Positions 39,955-59,555 are shown, counted from the first letter of the stretch. The stretch is DNA of 64,000 nucleotides from Eledone cirrhosa (GCA_964016885.1 OZ024740.1:319610001-319674000), one strand, 5' to 3'. Made by a program: numbers and translations. The notes: generated by a model from the sequence alone, not told the origin.

Positions 39955-42384
39955 GCATGTATGTATGTATATTGAATTTTGATGTAAGCTAGGTTGAAGT
40001 TAGCTGCTTCAACTTAATATTGAATGTGAAAAGTAGTTGTATAGCTTTGTTCGACTATATTTTTCATAGTCAAAAACCTATGAGTATATATATATAGCAG
40101 AGTAGAGCCAGTTTAAAACTAGTGAGACCATTACTCAACAGAGTACTGTATGCTTGGAATAGTAGTGTAGACCTATATTATGAAGAGTCGGAGTCCGACG
40201 GCTGAGCTCTTGCTGCTGCAACAACTAGTTCCAGACTCATATATATATATATGATGATTTCTACCGAATGAACCAGTTCTAGTCCTGTATATACAATGAT
40301 ATAAAACTAGGCCCAGTTTGCGGGGTACATCCCCTAGGAAACTTCCATGACATCTTACTGAAGCCTGTCTTAAAACGCATTCGGAGCTTCATACGAAATG
40401 ATCTCAGACCTGTCAACTCTTGATGTCTTCTCTTGTGAAAAGGGTATAGCTTTCATTATGTAAATCTCCCCACTTTGCCTCATTTCTCCCCGTTTTGGGG
40501 CACTTTCTTTCACCGTGCCCTTCAGTTTCAGATGCTGTGATCTTGATATACTCAACAATCTACCAAATAATGTAATCGAAAACGCCTACAATGTTTCTTC
40601 AGGTGAACCTATATAGCAATATTCCACATGAGTACGGAATCGAGGTTATTCAATACTGGCGAGTCACATTCCCATATGACGGAATTGATAGAAAATTCAT
40701 TATAGATGGTCTTCAGTTTATTATAAAACAACCAATTATTTCATGTTCGATGAAGCAAACGACTGACAAAAATCAGAAACTACTATGGGAACATAATTTG
40801 CACCAACAAATGACAACATAGTCAGGGGTTAACATGAATTAAAAGTGCGCGAAGAATCATTACAGATTTATGGGGAAGAATTCAGCTGTTATATATAAGA
40901 AAACTGGAAAAGACTCCTCTACGATTATTTTCTTTTATGGAAGGAAAATCCTGATAAACTAAACAAATTTCACTATCTCGTCAATAATTCAAACCTTAAC
41001 ATCCAATGGAGTTCAGTAACGAATAATTCCCCTTTTTAAATATACCGATAACAAAAGGAAACTGACATGTATTTCAAACCTAAGGACCCTCAAAAAATCT
41101 TCTTTTTACCTCATATCATCTCAAACACACACGAACCAACATTTCATTCAATTTAGTTAAGCGAATCTGCACAATAACCTAAAACCCAACAAGAGACCAC
41201 AGGCTAGAAGAGATGAAAAAATGGTTTCTAAGAGGGAATATCCTACGAATTTCAGCAGTATTAGTATATAAATAACGAGGCAAATTAACAGCCAGGAACT
41301 CCGAGAAACAAAAGCGAAAGAAGAAAAAAGAACGGGTCATAACATATATTTTGATTTTTAATCCAACAGAAAGCCGAAATATATATACACATACAATTAA
41401 GCCTGCCTATTCTACTAAAGGACAATTCAGCTACTTATTACAATGTCCCGAATGTCACTTCAAAGAAAAATCTATTTTCAAAATTAAAAACAACTTCTCG
41501 TGTAACTCATGCAATTTATTATATATTATAACATGTAATGATTGCCTTGAACACTACATTGGTCAAACAAGTCTGACACTCCGTGAAATAAGACTGTACA
41601 CAAGAAAAATCTGCCTGAGTCAACATATATTGAGTTGCAGAGGACAACATTTGCTAAATTTAGACGTTTTCCCATTCTATTAATGTAGCAATTCATATAG
41701 GAATAACAATATATTCATAAGAAAATGTACTTTATAGGTAAACACAAACCAAAGCAAAACTCATTGTACGTCAGCTAACATATGACACTTAATCCCATTC
41801 ATAATAAAACCAGAGTTGCGTCATCTGTCATGACGACATAGGCGACAGTATGGATGTAACCTGTTGCGTTTCTTGTCTTAGAGAGGACGTAAGCGACGCA
41901 TAGCAACACCCGTAACAAATAAATATTTAAAGAATAATGACCAAAATATATTTCATATGAACTAATTTAATTTATCATTGTGTATTGTAAATTTACATGT
42001 CTATATAAAAAAACAACATTTGCTGCATTTTCAAATCTTTATCCTTGATTCCACATTATATTTCTAACCTTTTCATTTTTTTTTTACCGTGGTGCTATTA
42101 AGTTAAATATCGACAGTCGATCGACTTTCGTCAAATCGAACCGAGGTAAAGAATGTTTCCATTGGTCTTTCCAATTGCTAATACTATGTATCGGTCGCAA
42201 CTCCAGGTAGAAGGAGCAACATGAAATAAAGTGTTTTGCTCAAGGACATAAAGCATCGCCCGATCCGGGAATCGTACACACAACCTCACGCTTGCGAATC
42301 CAATTCTCTAATCACTCAGCCACGCGCCTTCAAAGTTAGACATGGCCTGGGCCAATACTGGCCGAAACCTATCAAAGTTATCAA

Positions 42385-42385
<1 letters not shown>
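39710..42385 (+). mobile_element. Decayed Penelope-like element (RT + Cys-rich linker + GIY-YIG endonuclease) with inverted pLTR
   Basis: ~40280-41760: DILLKP, NLYSNIPHEYGIE, MGT.FAP, ENWKRLLYDYFLLW, TDMYFKP, KRICTI, CPEC, FSCNSCNLLYIITCNDCLEHYIGQT. 39710-39775 is the reverse complement of 42090-42385 once the SINE at 42110-42330 is removed. Confidence 0.88.
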
Positions 42386-42458
<73 letters not shown>

Positions 42459-42466
<8 letters not shown>

Positions 42467-42882
42467 GTTTGTATATGTATAATAAAGCCAAAACAATGCA
42501 GGTATAGACATAGAATACAGAATGCAAATGCAAAAGATATTGTTGACAATTAGTCTTTTACCTTAGATTTATTTAAATGTCCTTAATTTTCGAGATAATA
42601 TCTCTTCTTCGGAGGGAAGTAAAGCGCTTAAACCTGTGTTCTAAATTGCAAGCTATTTAGAACACTAGTTTAACCGCTTTACTTCCCTCCGAAGAAGAGA
42701 TATTATCTCGAAAATTAAGGACATTTAAATAAATCTAAGGTAAAAGACTAATTGTCAACAATATCTTTTGCATTTGCATTCTGTATTCTATATCCATACC
42801 TGCATTGTTTTGGCTTTATTATACATATACAAACGTTTATACCTCATTACACAATGCTTCAAGTGAACTATAACTTCCTCCA
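42459..42882. mobile_element. Fold-back element family B with variant HHR motif in both arms
   Basis: ~190-bp arms centred on 42650 with a ~40-nt tail on the right; CCT-CCGAAGA-A-GAGA(tatta)TCTC-GAAA-AT-TA-AGG at 42686-42720(+) and 42581-42615(-). Confidence 0.8.
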
Positions 42883-42896
42883 TATATATATATATA

Positions 42897-43648
42897 GTTT
42901 CTGAATTTGTTTAGCAAGATCCTTTATCTGAAAACGTGTGTTGAAACCGATATTGTTATGCTTTGGGAGGGTCATGTTGCCAATTAGAAACACACGCACC
43001 AGCTGCTTTCACTTCAATTTATTATAAATTAAATTTATAAATTTAGGATTTATAAATTTCTGGTTAGTTGGTTCCACAACCAGACGATTGTTCATATATT
43101 GTCAAAGTTCTTTCGTCACACATTCTGTGACCTCTTCAGTGACTGGGGATTCTTTTCTTTGTTTTTGTGCCTCTCCTTTGTTCTGCCCTACGCCATCTTG
43201 TTAAATAGAAAACATGAATGGAACAGCAGCATCACAACTTACAATTAAGGACAAAATGAAAACACACACACACACACAGAACAAACAACCAACCAGTAAC
43301 ATGTAAATAAACAAATAAATAAACAAATATAAACACACACAGACACCCGGATGTGACACATGCGTAAACTAAGCACACAACACACACAAAAACAAGATGG
43401 CGTAGGACAGAACAAAGGAGAGGCACAAAAACAAAGAAAAGAATCCCCAGTCACTGAAGAGGTCACAGAATGTGTGACGAAAGAACTTTGACAATATATG
43501 AACAATCGTCTGGTTGTGGAACCAACAAACCAACCAACCGAAAATTTATAAATTCCTAAATTTATAAATTTAATTTATAATAAATTGAAGTGAAAGCAAC
43601 TGGTGCATGTGTTTCTTATTGGCAACCAGACCCTCCCAAAGTATAATA

Positions 43649-43650
<2 letters not shown>
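42897..43650. mobile_element. Fold-back element family A, second copy (HHR motifs at 43101-43143(-) and 43450-43492(+))
   Basis: Same arms, tail and core as 3092-3654, with a ~190-nt spacer. Confidence 0.85.
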
Positions 43651-43738
<88 letters not shown>

Positions 43739-43792
43739 ATCTGTGTATATATGTGTGTGTATATGTGTATGTATATAAAGTGTACTAACATA

Positions 43793-43855
<63 letters not shown>

Positions 43856-44621
43856 ATACATTTATAAAGCTACGAATATGCTTCGCTATGGGGATGTAAT
43901 AAGATAAAAACATACCCGTTACTTTCATTAAATTGACGTATAAACAAGGTCCACACCTACTGTATTTTCGTGGATTGCTAAAAAAAAGAACATTGGATCA
44001 CCCCAGGCTGTAGGTGCTCTCATGCCTATTTCTCCTTATCCGATCATCCCAAAGGGAGTTTCAATCTTGAAGTGTTTACGGATAGTTTCTGATGATTGGA
44101 AATTTTGCCACTCGCCATATTCAGACTGCAAAATTCTATCTGTATGCATACATTTAATGCCGAGAGTTCCCCTCGGGCATGTTTGCCTGTACTCAATGTT
44201 AAGATACATAATAAATACACAACTTCTTTCCTCTTTCATATTTCTATTTAGCTGTTCTAGTCTAACCAATTTGCTGAGGGAATGTACTTATGAGATGGAA
44301 ACAAGTTCCACTTCCACTCCATCGTTTTAAATTATTCCAAAAGAGTTGGATCATCCCAGGCTCTAGGAGTTCATTTACTTGCAGTCTTCTCATTACCTGA
44401 ATATCCATAACATTTTCAGCCTTGAAATCACGAGTATTGTCTCAAAGTTGGTTTTATTTTCGTGTTATATGAAGATATTTTCCTAAACGCCATTTTCAGT
44501 TTTCGAGATTGTTTGTATTTTCACAGGAAACACTTGTCAACTGAACCCATAACTACACTGTGAAGCGAACTACTTTGTCACACTACTCAGCTTCGCTTAA
44601 ACACACACATCGATATATACG

Positions 44622-44782
<161 letters not shown>

Positions 44783-45115
44783 ACACACATATATATACAC
44801 ACATTTATACATATAAAATGTGTGTGCATATGTATATATATATATGTATGTATGTATATATATACTGACTGCAGAGAAAATACAAACATTGATATATACG
44901 TCCATAGGTGTACGTGTGTATAAGTGAATTATATGTATTTTATTATCTATAACGAAATAGGTATTTACTACACGTGTTTCATTATATAGAGCTAATTACC
45001 TTGTACAATTAACTCGACAACAAATCTTGGATTGGCGCCAATATGAAAATTACAACACCTCTCACAGATAGATTTCTCGCCACAACTTTGGATATTCTAA
45101 CCATGACACACACAC

Positions 45116-45224
<109 letters not shown>

Positions 45225-45969
45225 CTAGCTAAACTACCCGTCCAAAGGACGGTTCAGGTAGCTTTCGATGTAGCTCATTAAACTAAACAAAGTAAATTTA
45301 AATAGATAGAAGAAAAACGTACTTTATGTAAACATGAAAACCTTAGGCACTATTCCAGCGAAATAATTATTATGTGAGCTCGGTGTCATCCGTTATACCA
45401 TGTAACAACAGAAATCCAGCCTAGGTATACATTTTTTTGACAACAGTAAAAGCGCATCATGAAATAGAGAAGTGAAGTGAATAATAGACACGATTATGTA
45501 CAAAGCATAATATTGTAAAAGTTATGACATCACTTAATGTATGAACATCAAACTTGAAACGATAAATTATACAATGTCAAATCTATAACTTAACTTAGTA
45601 ATCTGTTAGAAATTACTGGTTGTGAAATATACAAAATGATATTGTTAGTCTCAAGGAAGCGTACCTTTTGTTTGAAGTACAAAGAGTAAATTGAAATCTG
45701 AATGAGCCGAATTACGAAAGATAACTCTTGTCTTACTTAATCACGAAAATTGACACAAATAACCGAAACTTTTTTAATGTCTCCAAAGGCCCCAATATCG
45801 ATTTTTGAAAGCCTTTGTAGATCATGTACAGGTTTTATGCAAGCAGAAGCTCTGTAGAAAATTTCAAAGAAATTGCATGAATGGTTTAGAATATAAGATC
45901 CCTCATTAAAAATTGTCCACACACATATACACACACATACAGAAAACTTCGTCTTTATATATATACAGA
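45225..45969 (-). mobile_element. Non-autonomous Helitron
   Basis: Minus: 5' TCTGTATATATATAAAG; 3' hairpin CCGTCC-TTT-GGACGG about 10 nt before the terminal CTAG; inserted between A and T. Confidence 0.82.
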
Positions 45970-45974
45970 TATAC

Positions 45975-46875
<901 letters not shown>

Positions 46876-46909
46876 TATATATAAATATATAAACACACAC
46901 ATATATATA

Positions 46910-47045
46910 GTAATAATAAAAAGGACGATTTGTTAGGACTTCATTACATTTAATGAGTATTGACGCGCGTTTCGCTATTGATCAGCTCAAGGTTCCATCT
47001 GTATCGATCTGGCCCGACTCTGGACTCAAAGGCTCGTCGGATTTT
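46910..47045 (-). mobile_element. HHR-like short element family H
   Basis: Minus: CCGACGA-GC...GC-GAAA-CGCGCG-TC; flanked by (TA)n; a related element lies at 47455-47690(-). Confidence 0.55.
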
Positions 47046-47074
47046 ATATATCTATATATATATCTATATATATC

Positions 47075-47138
<64 letters not shown>

Positions 47139-47216
47139 AGTGTGAGTGCGTATGTGTGTGTGTGTGCGTGTGTGTATCCCGGGTTCAATCTGGAGTAACC
47201 ACAGTAAGTAGAGTAT

Positions 47217-47285
<69 letters not shown>

Positions 47286-47311
47286 CTCTCTATATATATA
47301 TTTATATAATG

Positions 47312-47419
<108 letters not shown>

Positions 47420-47420
47420 G

Positions 47421-47453
<33 letters not shown>

Positions 47454-47715
47454 CACATAAGGAACGGAGAATCAGTGTTGCGACGAATAAAATTTATTAG
47501 ACATATTACAATCGTTTCTCTGGCAACTAGCTCGAGGCACGATCGATGTAATGATCGAACCTGACTCTGAAATCCCAATGTCCTCAAATACGCCTCGATT
47601 CTAGGAAGCAGAGTTTCCAAACTTACTCTGTAAGAGCATCGAGTGCTCAAACGGCCTACCGCTTACGGACCCTTTAAGCATCACACACCAATTATATATA
47701 TATATATATATATAT

Positions 47716-48721
<1,006 letters not shown>

Positions 48722-48821
48722 GTATATAAAAATATATGTGGTCATTTCTGATAATTTCCGTGCCGTGAATGAAACAAGTTCAGATGAGGTGCCTAATGTT
48801 TAGTTGCGTCATCCTATGTGT

Positions 48822-48865
<44 letters not shown>

Positions 48866-49188
48866 TTATCTTTATTTTACATCCACTGATGGGTCTTTTT
48901 CAACATAGGATCCCTCTACTCGTCTCATTTTTTGTAAACTTCTATATTGCGTTTTTCATATTTTTGGTAAGCTTTTTCTGGCTAGATCCCTTCCTGTCAC
49001 CAACCACTGGCTCTCATTAGCACTAAAGAGATTGTCTGTCCAGACTTAAGGGCCTTCTCTAACATGTACCAGTTTTTATTCGGTGTGACTGCTCTCCTAG
49101 ATATACGTTATGCATACACACATGCATATATACATGAATATATAAATATATATGTGTGTCCGGGTGTGCGTGGTTGTGTGTGTATGTC

Positions 49189-49219
<31 letters not shown>

Positions 49220-49237
49220 TGCGAGAGGGGGAGAGAG

Positions 49238-49602
<365 letters not shown>

Positions 49603-50051
49603 GAATCGAACAACGCATCTCTCGTATGCCGGACGAGCGCGTTTAACCCAAACGCCCTGTTTCGACGATAAGTGTTCCAGTTATTCAATCAATAGACTGC
49701 TCATGAAATTAAAGAGTACGTAGCAGGGCATTCCACAGACACGTGTATCATTGACGTAATTCTGAAGGAGATTCAGCATGATACAATACAAGGGACGGAT
49801 CGTTGGGAAATGACACTTACCCAAGATTCCACGCAGTGAGATCGAACCCGGCTCCTAATGACAATGAATTAGATATCTTAACCATTCAGCCATGCTGAGT
49901 CTACTAGAGTGATCAAGACAGCTCATTTCAGGGCGCAGTATCGCTTGATCCCTTGAGAAGGAGAGTGTGGGGAGTCTTTATCTATCGCCAGAATAATGGA
50001 AAGAAAAGTTGTTCTCAGCAAGATTTGAACTTACAACACAGCGAACCGAAT

Positions 50052-50220
50052 AAATAACTGTTTCTACATTTTGGCACAAGGCCACCAATTTCTCCAGTGC
50101 ATTACTGGTACTTTGTTTTATTGACCCCGCAATGATGAAAGGCAAAGTTAACCATGGCGGGATTTGAACTCAGACCGTAAAGAGCCGTATAAATAACGTA
50201 AGGCATCTTGTCCGACGCCG
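50052..50220 (-). mobile_element. SINE family 1
   Basis: Reverse complement of the family 1 body. Confidence 0.8.
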
Positions 50221-50335
50221 TAATGACACCTGCGCACAAGTACACATACACTCACACATGTGATTATAGTAGACGCACAAGTACACATACACTCACACTG
50301 TTGATTATAGTAGACGCAAATACATATATACATAC

Positions 50336-50944
50336 ATGGTGGCTGCCAACTCGTTTTCGAGTACGGCCACTACTTTATATCCATGTAGGAGAACTCCTAC
50401 CGATGCGCTGAACAAGTGTGACTTTTTAGTCCAGCCAGCGACTTGAAAACTCTGGTACAAACACTACACTTGTGACAATTATTGACACATAGTGCTGGGC
50501 CCATGGTACCATGTGACGACAAGTGCAGAGAGATCTCCAGATATAAAGCAATGCTTGTGCCGTGAAGCTTTTATAGTGAGCAAAGGCACTGCACAAAGCC
50601 AGTCCCACTCTCTTAACCAAGATGATATTTACCAAAAAGAAGAACAAGTCAACATCATTGGATACCATCAGGGTTGCAGGTGTTATATCAAAGTTTTCCT
50701 TCTCCTAGAATTCTGCATTGACAAAGGCTAAGGGGTCATCTCTCCCGGTGATTTTGGATGGCCATTGACTCTTAAGAGCTCCTTTGCCCTTTGACAGGTT
50801 TTGTTTTTAGTCCTGCAGGATGTCCAAAGTCACCCTCCTCACCAAGAAACCTTGGTGGGGTTGCCAGTTTAGTCGCCAACGACCCGACCATGAGACAGGT
50901 TGTACTGGGATACATGTTACCAGTAGCACCAACTGGTGACCTGA
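50336..50944 (-). mobile_element. ~600-bp non-coding retroposon with (ATGT)n tail (copies 51559-52167, 52782-53381, 62188-62785)
   Basis: A dispersed near-identical copy lies in the opposite orientation at 62188; ends GAGTTGGCAGCCACC-(ATGT)n; no pol III boxes recognised. Confidence 0.75.
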
Positions 50945-51219
50945 CATACATACATACATGGTGGCTGCCAACTCGTTTTCGAGTACGGCCACCTACTTTA
51001 TATCCATACTTGCATACATACAAACATATATACATACATATATACTACATATATACTACATATATATACATACATATATGCATATATACACACACACATA
51101 CATACAAACATACACACACACACATATATACATACAAACATACATATACATTCGTATATACATATGCATACATACACCACACATACATACACACGCTCAT
51201 ATACATACATACATACATA

Positions 51220-51455
51220 TTGGAGCTACGGGTTATATACCAACCCGCTTGGACCAATGTATAACTGAACTTGGATTTGCGGACAAAGAGCGCAGCTCCC
51301 TAATTCATAGTCTACAAATGGCTGCGATAGCTGGCACCTTCAAAATTTGCAAAACATTCTTGCGATTCAAGGGATGACAATTTCTTTTCTTTACAACCTT
51401 GCCACCAGGAAGGTGGCCGGTCAAAAATATACTCGAAATTAAGAGAAAGAGATAA
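51220..51455 (+). mobile_element. 3' end of an R4/Dong-like (RLE) non-LTR retrotransposon in (CATA)n; duplicate at 52443-52678
   Basis: IGATGYIPTRLDQCITELGF...SLQMAAIAGTFKICKTFL* resembles the 'IGALG.IP..L...L..LG....LQ.....GT..I' RLE C-terminus, followed by a short UTR and (CATA)n. Confidence 0.7.
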
Positions 51456-53544
51456 CATACATACACACATACATATATCCATATATACATATATACATAC
51501 ATACACACAGACATAGATACACACACATACATGCAAGCATACAAGCATACACACACACATGGTGGCTGCCAACTCGTTTTCGAGTACGGCCACTACTTTA
51601 TATCAATGTAGGAGAACCCCTACTGATGCGCTGAAGGAGTGTGACTTTTTAGTCCAGCCAGCGACTTGAAAACTCTGGTACAAACACTACACTTGTGACA
51701 ATTACTGACACATAGTGCTGGGCCCATGGTACCATGTGACGACAAGTGCAGAGAGATCTCCAGATATAAAGCAATGCCTGTGCCGTGAAGCTTTTATAGT
51801 GAGCAAAGGCACTGCACAAAGCCAGTCTCACTCTCTTAACCAAGATAATATTTACCAAAAAGAAGAACAAGTCAACATCATTGGATACCATCAGGGTTGC
51901 AGGTGTTACATCAGAGTTTTCCTTCTCCTAGAATTCTGCATTGACAAAGGCTAAGGGGTCATCTCTCCCGGTGATTTTGGATGGCCATTGACTCTTAAGA
52001 GCTCCTTTGCCCTTTGACAGGTTTTGTTTTTAGTCCTGCAGGATGTCCAAAGTCACCCTCCTCACCAAGAAACCTTGGTGGGGTTGCCAGTTTAGTCGCC
52101 AACGACCCGACCATGAGACAGGTTGTACTGGGATACATGTTACCAGTAGCACCAACTGGTGACCTGACATACATACATACATGGTGGCTGCCAACTCGTT
52201 TTCGAGTACGGCCACCTACTTTATATCCATACTTGCATACATACAAACATATATACATACATATATACTACATATATACTACATATATATACATACATAT
52301 ATGCATATATACACACACACATACATACAAACATACACACACACACATATATACATACAAACATACATATACATTCGTATATACATATGCATACATACAC
52401 CACACATACATACACACGCTCATATACATACATACATACATATTGGAGCTACGGGTTATATACCAACCCGCTTGGACCAATGTATAACTGAACTTGGATT
52501 TGCGGACAAAGAGCGCAGCTCCCTAATTCATAGTCTACAAATGGCTGCGATAGCTGGCACCTTCAAAATTTGCAAAACATTCTTGCGATTCAAGGGATGA
52601 CAATTTCTTTTCTTTACAACCTTGCCACCAGGAAGGTGGCCGGTCAAAAATATACTCGAAATTAAGAGAAAGAGATAACATACATACACACATACATATA
52701 TCCATATATACATATATACATACATACACACAGACATAGATACACACACATACATGCAAGCATACAAGCATACACACACACATGGTGGCTGCCAACTCGT
52801 TTTCGAGTACGGCCACTACTTTATATCAATGTAGGAGAACCCCTACTGATGCGCTGAAGGAGTGTGACTTTTTAGTGCAGCCAGCGACTTGAAAACTCTG
52901 GTACAAACACTACACTTGTGACAATTACTGACACATAGTGCTGGGCCCATGGTACCATGTGACGACAAGTGCAGAGAGATCTCCAGATATAAAGCAATGC
53001 CTGTGCCGTGAAGCTTTTATAGTGAGCAAAGGCACTGCACAAAGCCAGTCTCACTCTCTTAACCAAGATAATATTTACCAAAAAGAAGAACAAGTCAACA
53101 TCATTGGATACCATCAGGGTTGCAGGTGTTACATCAGAGTTTTCCTTCTCCTAGAATTCTGCATTGACAAAGGCTAAGGGGTCATCTCTCCCGGTGATTT
53201 TGGATGGCCATTGACTCTTAAGAGCTCCTTTGCCCTTTGACAGGTTTTGTTTTTAGTCCTGCAGGATGTCCAAAGTCACCCTCCTCACCAAGAAACCTTG
53301 GTGGGGTTGCCAGTTTAGTCGCCAACGACCCGACCATGGGACAGGTTATACTGGGATACATGTTACCAGTAGCACCAACTGACACACACACATACTTGCA
53401 TACATACAAACATATATACTACATATGTACATACATACAAACATACACACACACACATAGATGCATACATACATATATACATACAAACATACATATACAT
53501 TCGTATATACATATGCATACATACACCACACATACATACACACG

Positions 53545-53611
<67 letters not shown>

Positions 53612-53613
<2 letters not shown>

Positions 53614-53777
53614 CGAAGGAAATGTGGTAAGGAACCAAGTGGCCCATAACGCACCAAAGTACTCAATACTTAGGGTAGTAGAGTGGGTAATAGGAACGAG
53701 TAGGACCCCGACGGCTGAGCTCAAGCCGTTTCGACGGCTAATTCTGTCCACAATTAGCCGTCGAAACGGCTTGAGCC

Positions 53778-53781
<4 letters not shown>
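53612..53781 (-). mobile_element. Family G short copy with terminal hairpin and HHR 3' half
   Basis: Minus: GAAA-CGGCT(tgagctc)AGCCG-TC-GGGG; 24-bp hairpin at 53720-53775; (TA)n on both sides. Confidence 0.7.
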
Positions 53782-53823
<42 letters not shown>

Positions 53824-54179
53824 GTGTATATATATATATATATTGACAGTTACGAATGTCGACCATATTGTATAAATTGTATATCCTGTACCATCGTATG
53901 TAATCTAGAAATACTGACGCACGTTTGAGTGTGCGCATGTGTGTGAGCGTGCGCATGTGTTTATACGTGCGTACGCTTGCACCTACATGTGAATCTATGT
54001 GGATATATGCATGTCAACGTTGCATGTGAGAACATATATATTGCATCAATGCATATGTCTGTCTGTTGGTGTGTGTGAATATGTGTGCGTGCGTGTGCGT
54101 GTGTGTGTGTGTGTATGAGCGGAGCGGATATGTATATATGATGAATGTGTATGTGTTTGTGTTTGATAAATATATAGTT

Positions 54180-56625
<2,446 letters not shown>

Positions 56626-56658
56626 TAGAATTGTCTGCATGTATGTGTATATTATATT

Positions 56659-56835
56659 GTATCGGTGGAGGGTCGGACATGCTTTCCAGCATAGTTACGT
56701 CCCTTTACGATCTGAGTTCAAATCTCACCGCGGTTAACTTTGCCTTTCACCCTTACGGGGTCGATAAAATAAAGTACCAGTAATGTACTGGTATAATTGC
56801 TGGCCTTGTGCCAAAAGTAGAAACAATTATATTAT
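56659..56835 (+). mobile_element. SINE family 1
   Basis: Homologous to 14046-14240. Confidence 0.85.
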
Positions 56836-57990
56836 ATTATATTATACATATATATATGTTATTGCTAATGTTGTGGTCTGTTGCTGTTATTTAGCCCCAA
56901 GTCAATCATAATCGAACAAACGTATGATCAAAAGCATTCTAGTCGTGACCATCCCGTTTTTTCACCTATGTGTAGGCAAGCCAGAATCACATTCTCCACC
57001 ATTCCCACACCATTTTTAATTTTTCCTTTTACAAAATGGTGGGGTTAGATTTGAGGAAATTTGGCTGCTATTCTTAGCTGGTAGCAGAACCATGTAGCGG
57101 CTGAACCGTTGCTTACGGCACCAAAGTTTCACAAGTGGTCATTTATCTCAGTATTAAATAAGCCGACGTCGCTATATTTCGGTGATTGGATGAGAACTGG
57201 TGTTTTCAAATGTCTGTGGCCAATGTAGGGTGGGGTATTGTATTGATTGGAACAATAGAATGTTATAAACATAGCTGTGTACTTAAGGACATTCATTTCA
57301 CAACCATGTAGTTCGGCGTTCGCTTCCGTTGCTCAGCGCCGTGGGCAAGTGTCTGTTATTATAGCCTCGGGTTGACCAATGCTTTGTTAGTGTATGCATG
57401 TGTGTACGTACACGTATGTGTGTGTGTATTTGTGTTTGTGTGTGTGTGTGTGCGTGTGTGTGTATGTGTGTGTGTATTTGTGTGTGTGTGTGTATGTGTG
57501 TGTGTGCATGTGTGTGTGTGTATTTGTGTGTGTATGTGTGTGTATGTGTGTGTGTGCATGTGTGTGTGTGTATTTGTGTGCGTTTGTGTATGTGTATGTG
57601 TGTGCATGTGTGTGTGTGTGTGTGTGGGTGTGTGTGTGCGTGTGCTTGTGTGTATTTGTGTGTGTGCGTGTGTGCGTGTGTGTGTATACGGTTGTGTCTA
57701 TGTCTGTTTATGTCCAGTAACTTAGTGATTCGACAAAAAGAAGATAGATGAAATAAATACCAGACTCAATAAGTACTGGATTCGATATGGTATGGCACAC
57801 AGAAACACACACACACACATATATATGAATGTGTGTGTGTGCATGTGTCTGTATGCCTGTATGTGTGTGTGTATGTGTGTGCGTGTACATATATATGTAT
57901 ATATATATTTATGTTCATATGTATATTTAATATGCATGCATGTATATATGTATATACATATATATATGTTGTGTGTGTGTATATATATAT

Positions 57991-58044
<54 letters not shown>

Positions 58045-58321
58045 ATATACTGGAGTTGAATAATACTGGAATTGAATAATCAAAACCGTAGCGGTATGTC
58101 ATGTCACATATCAAATCTTATATTTTGTCTGATGAAAACATACTTAAACACTATTGTACCTTTGAAATATGTATAATAAAATATTTATTTTGATTATGAG
58201 AATATTTTTCATTTATTAACATTTTGAATAATATTAAATACTCCAGGAAAATCTCTTGTCGAGTGCTTCTAATCTATTGTAAAATTGTATTCGTTGATTA
58301 ATCAACGAACCATATTAATAT

Positions 58322-59163
<842 letters not shown>

Positions 59164-59186
59164 CATACATATATATACATATATAT

Positions 59187-59228
<42 letters not shown>

Positions 59229-59414
59229 CTATATATATATACACATATATATATATATACACACATATATATATACATACATACATACATATATATGTAT
59301 ATATATGTATATATATATATACATATATATATATATACATATATATGTATGTATGTATATATATATGTGTGTATATATATATATATATGTATGTATATAT
59401 ATATATAGAGATAC

Positions 59415-59555
<141 letters not shown>

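Larger units (their letters stand above)
50330..53550. repeat. 1223-bp tandem repeat, ~2.6 copies
   Basis: Matching ORF-track entries are offset by 1223 (50426/51649/52872). Confidence 0.95.
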
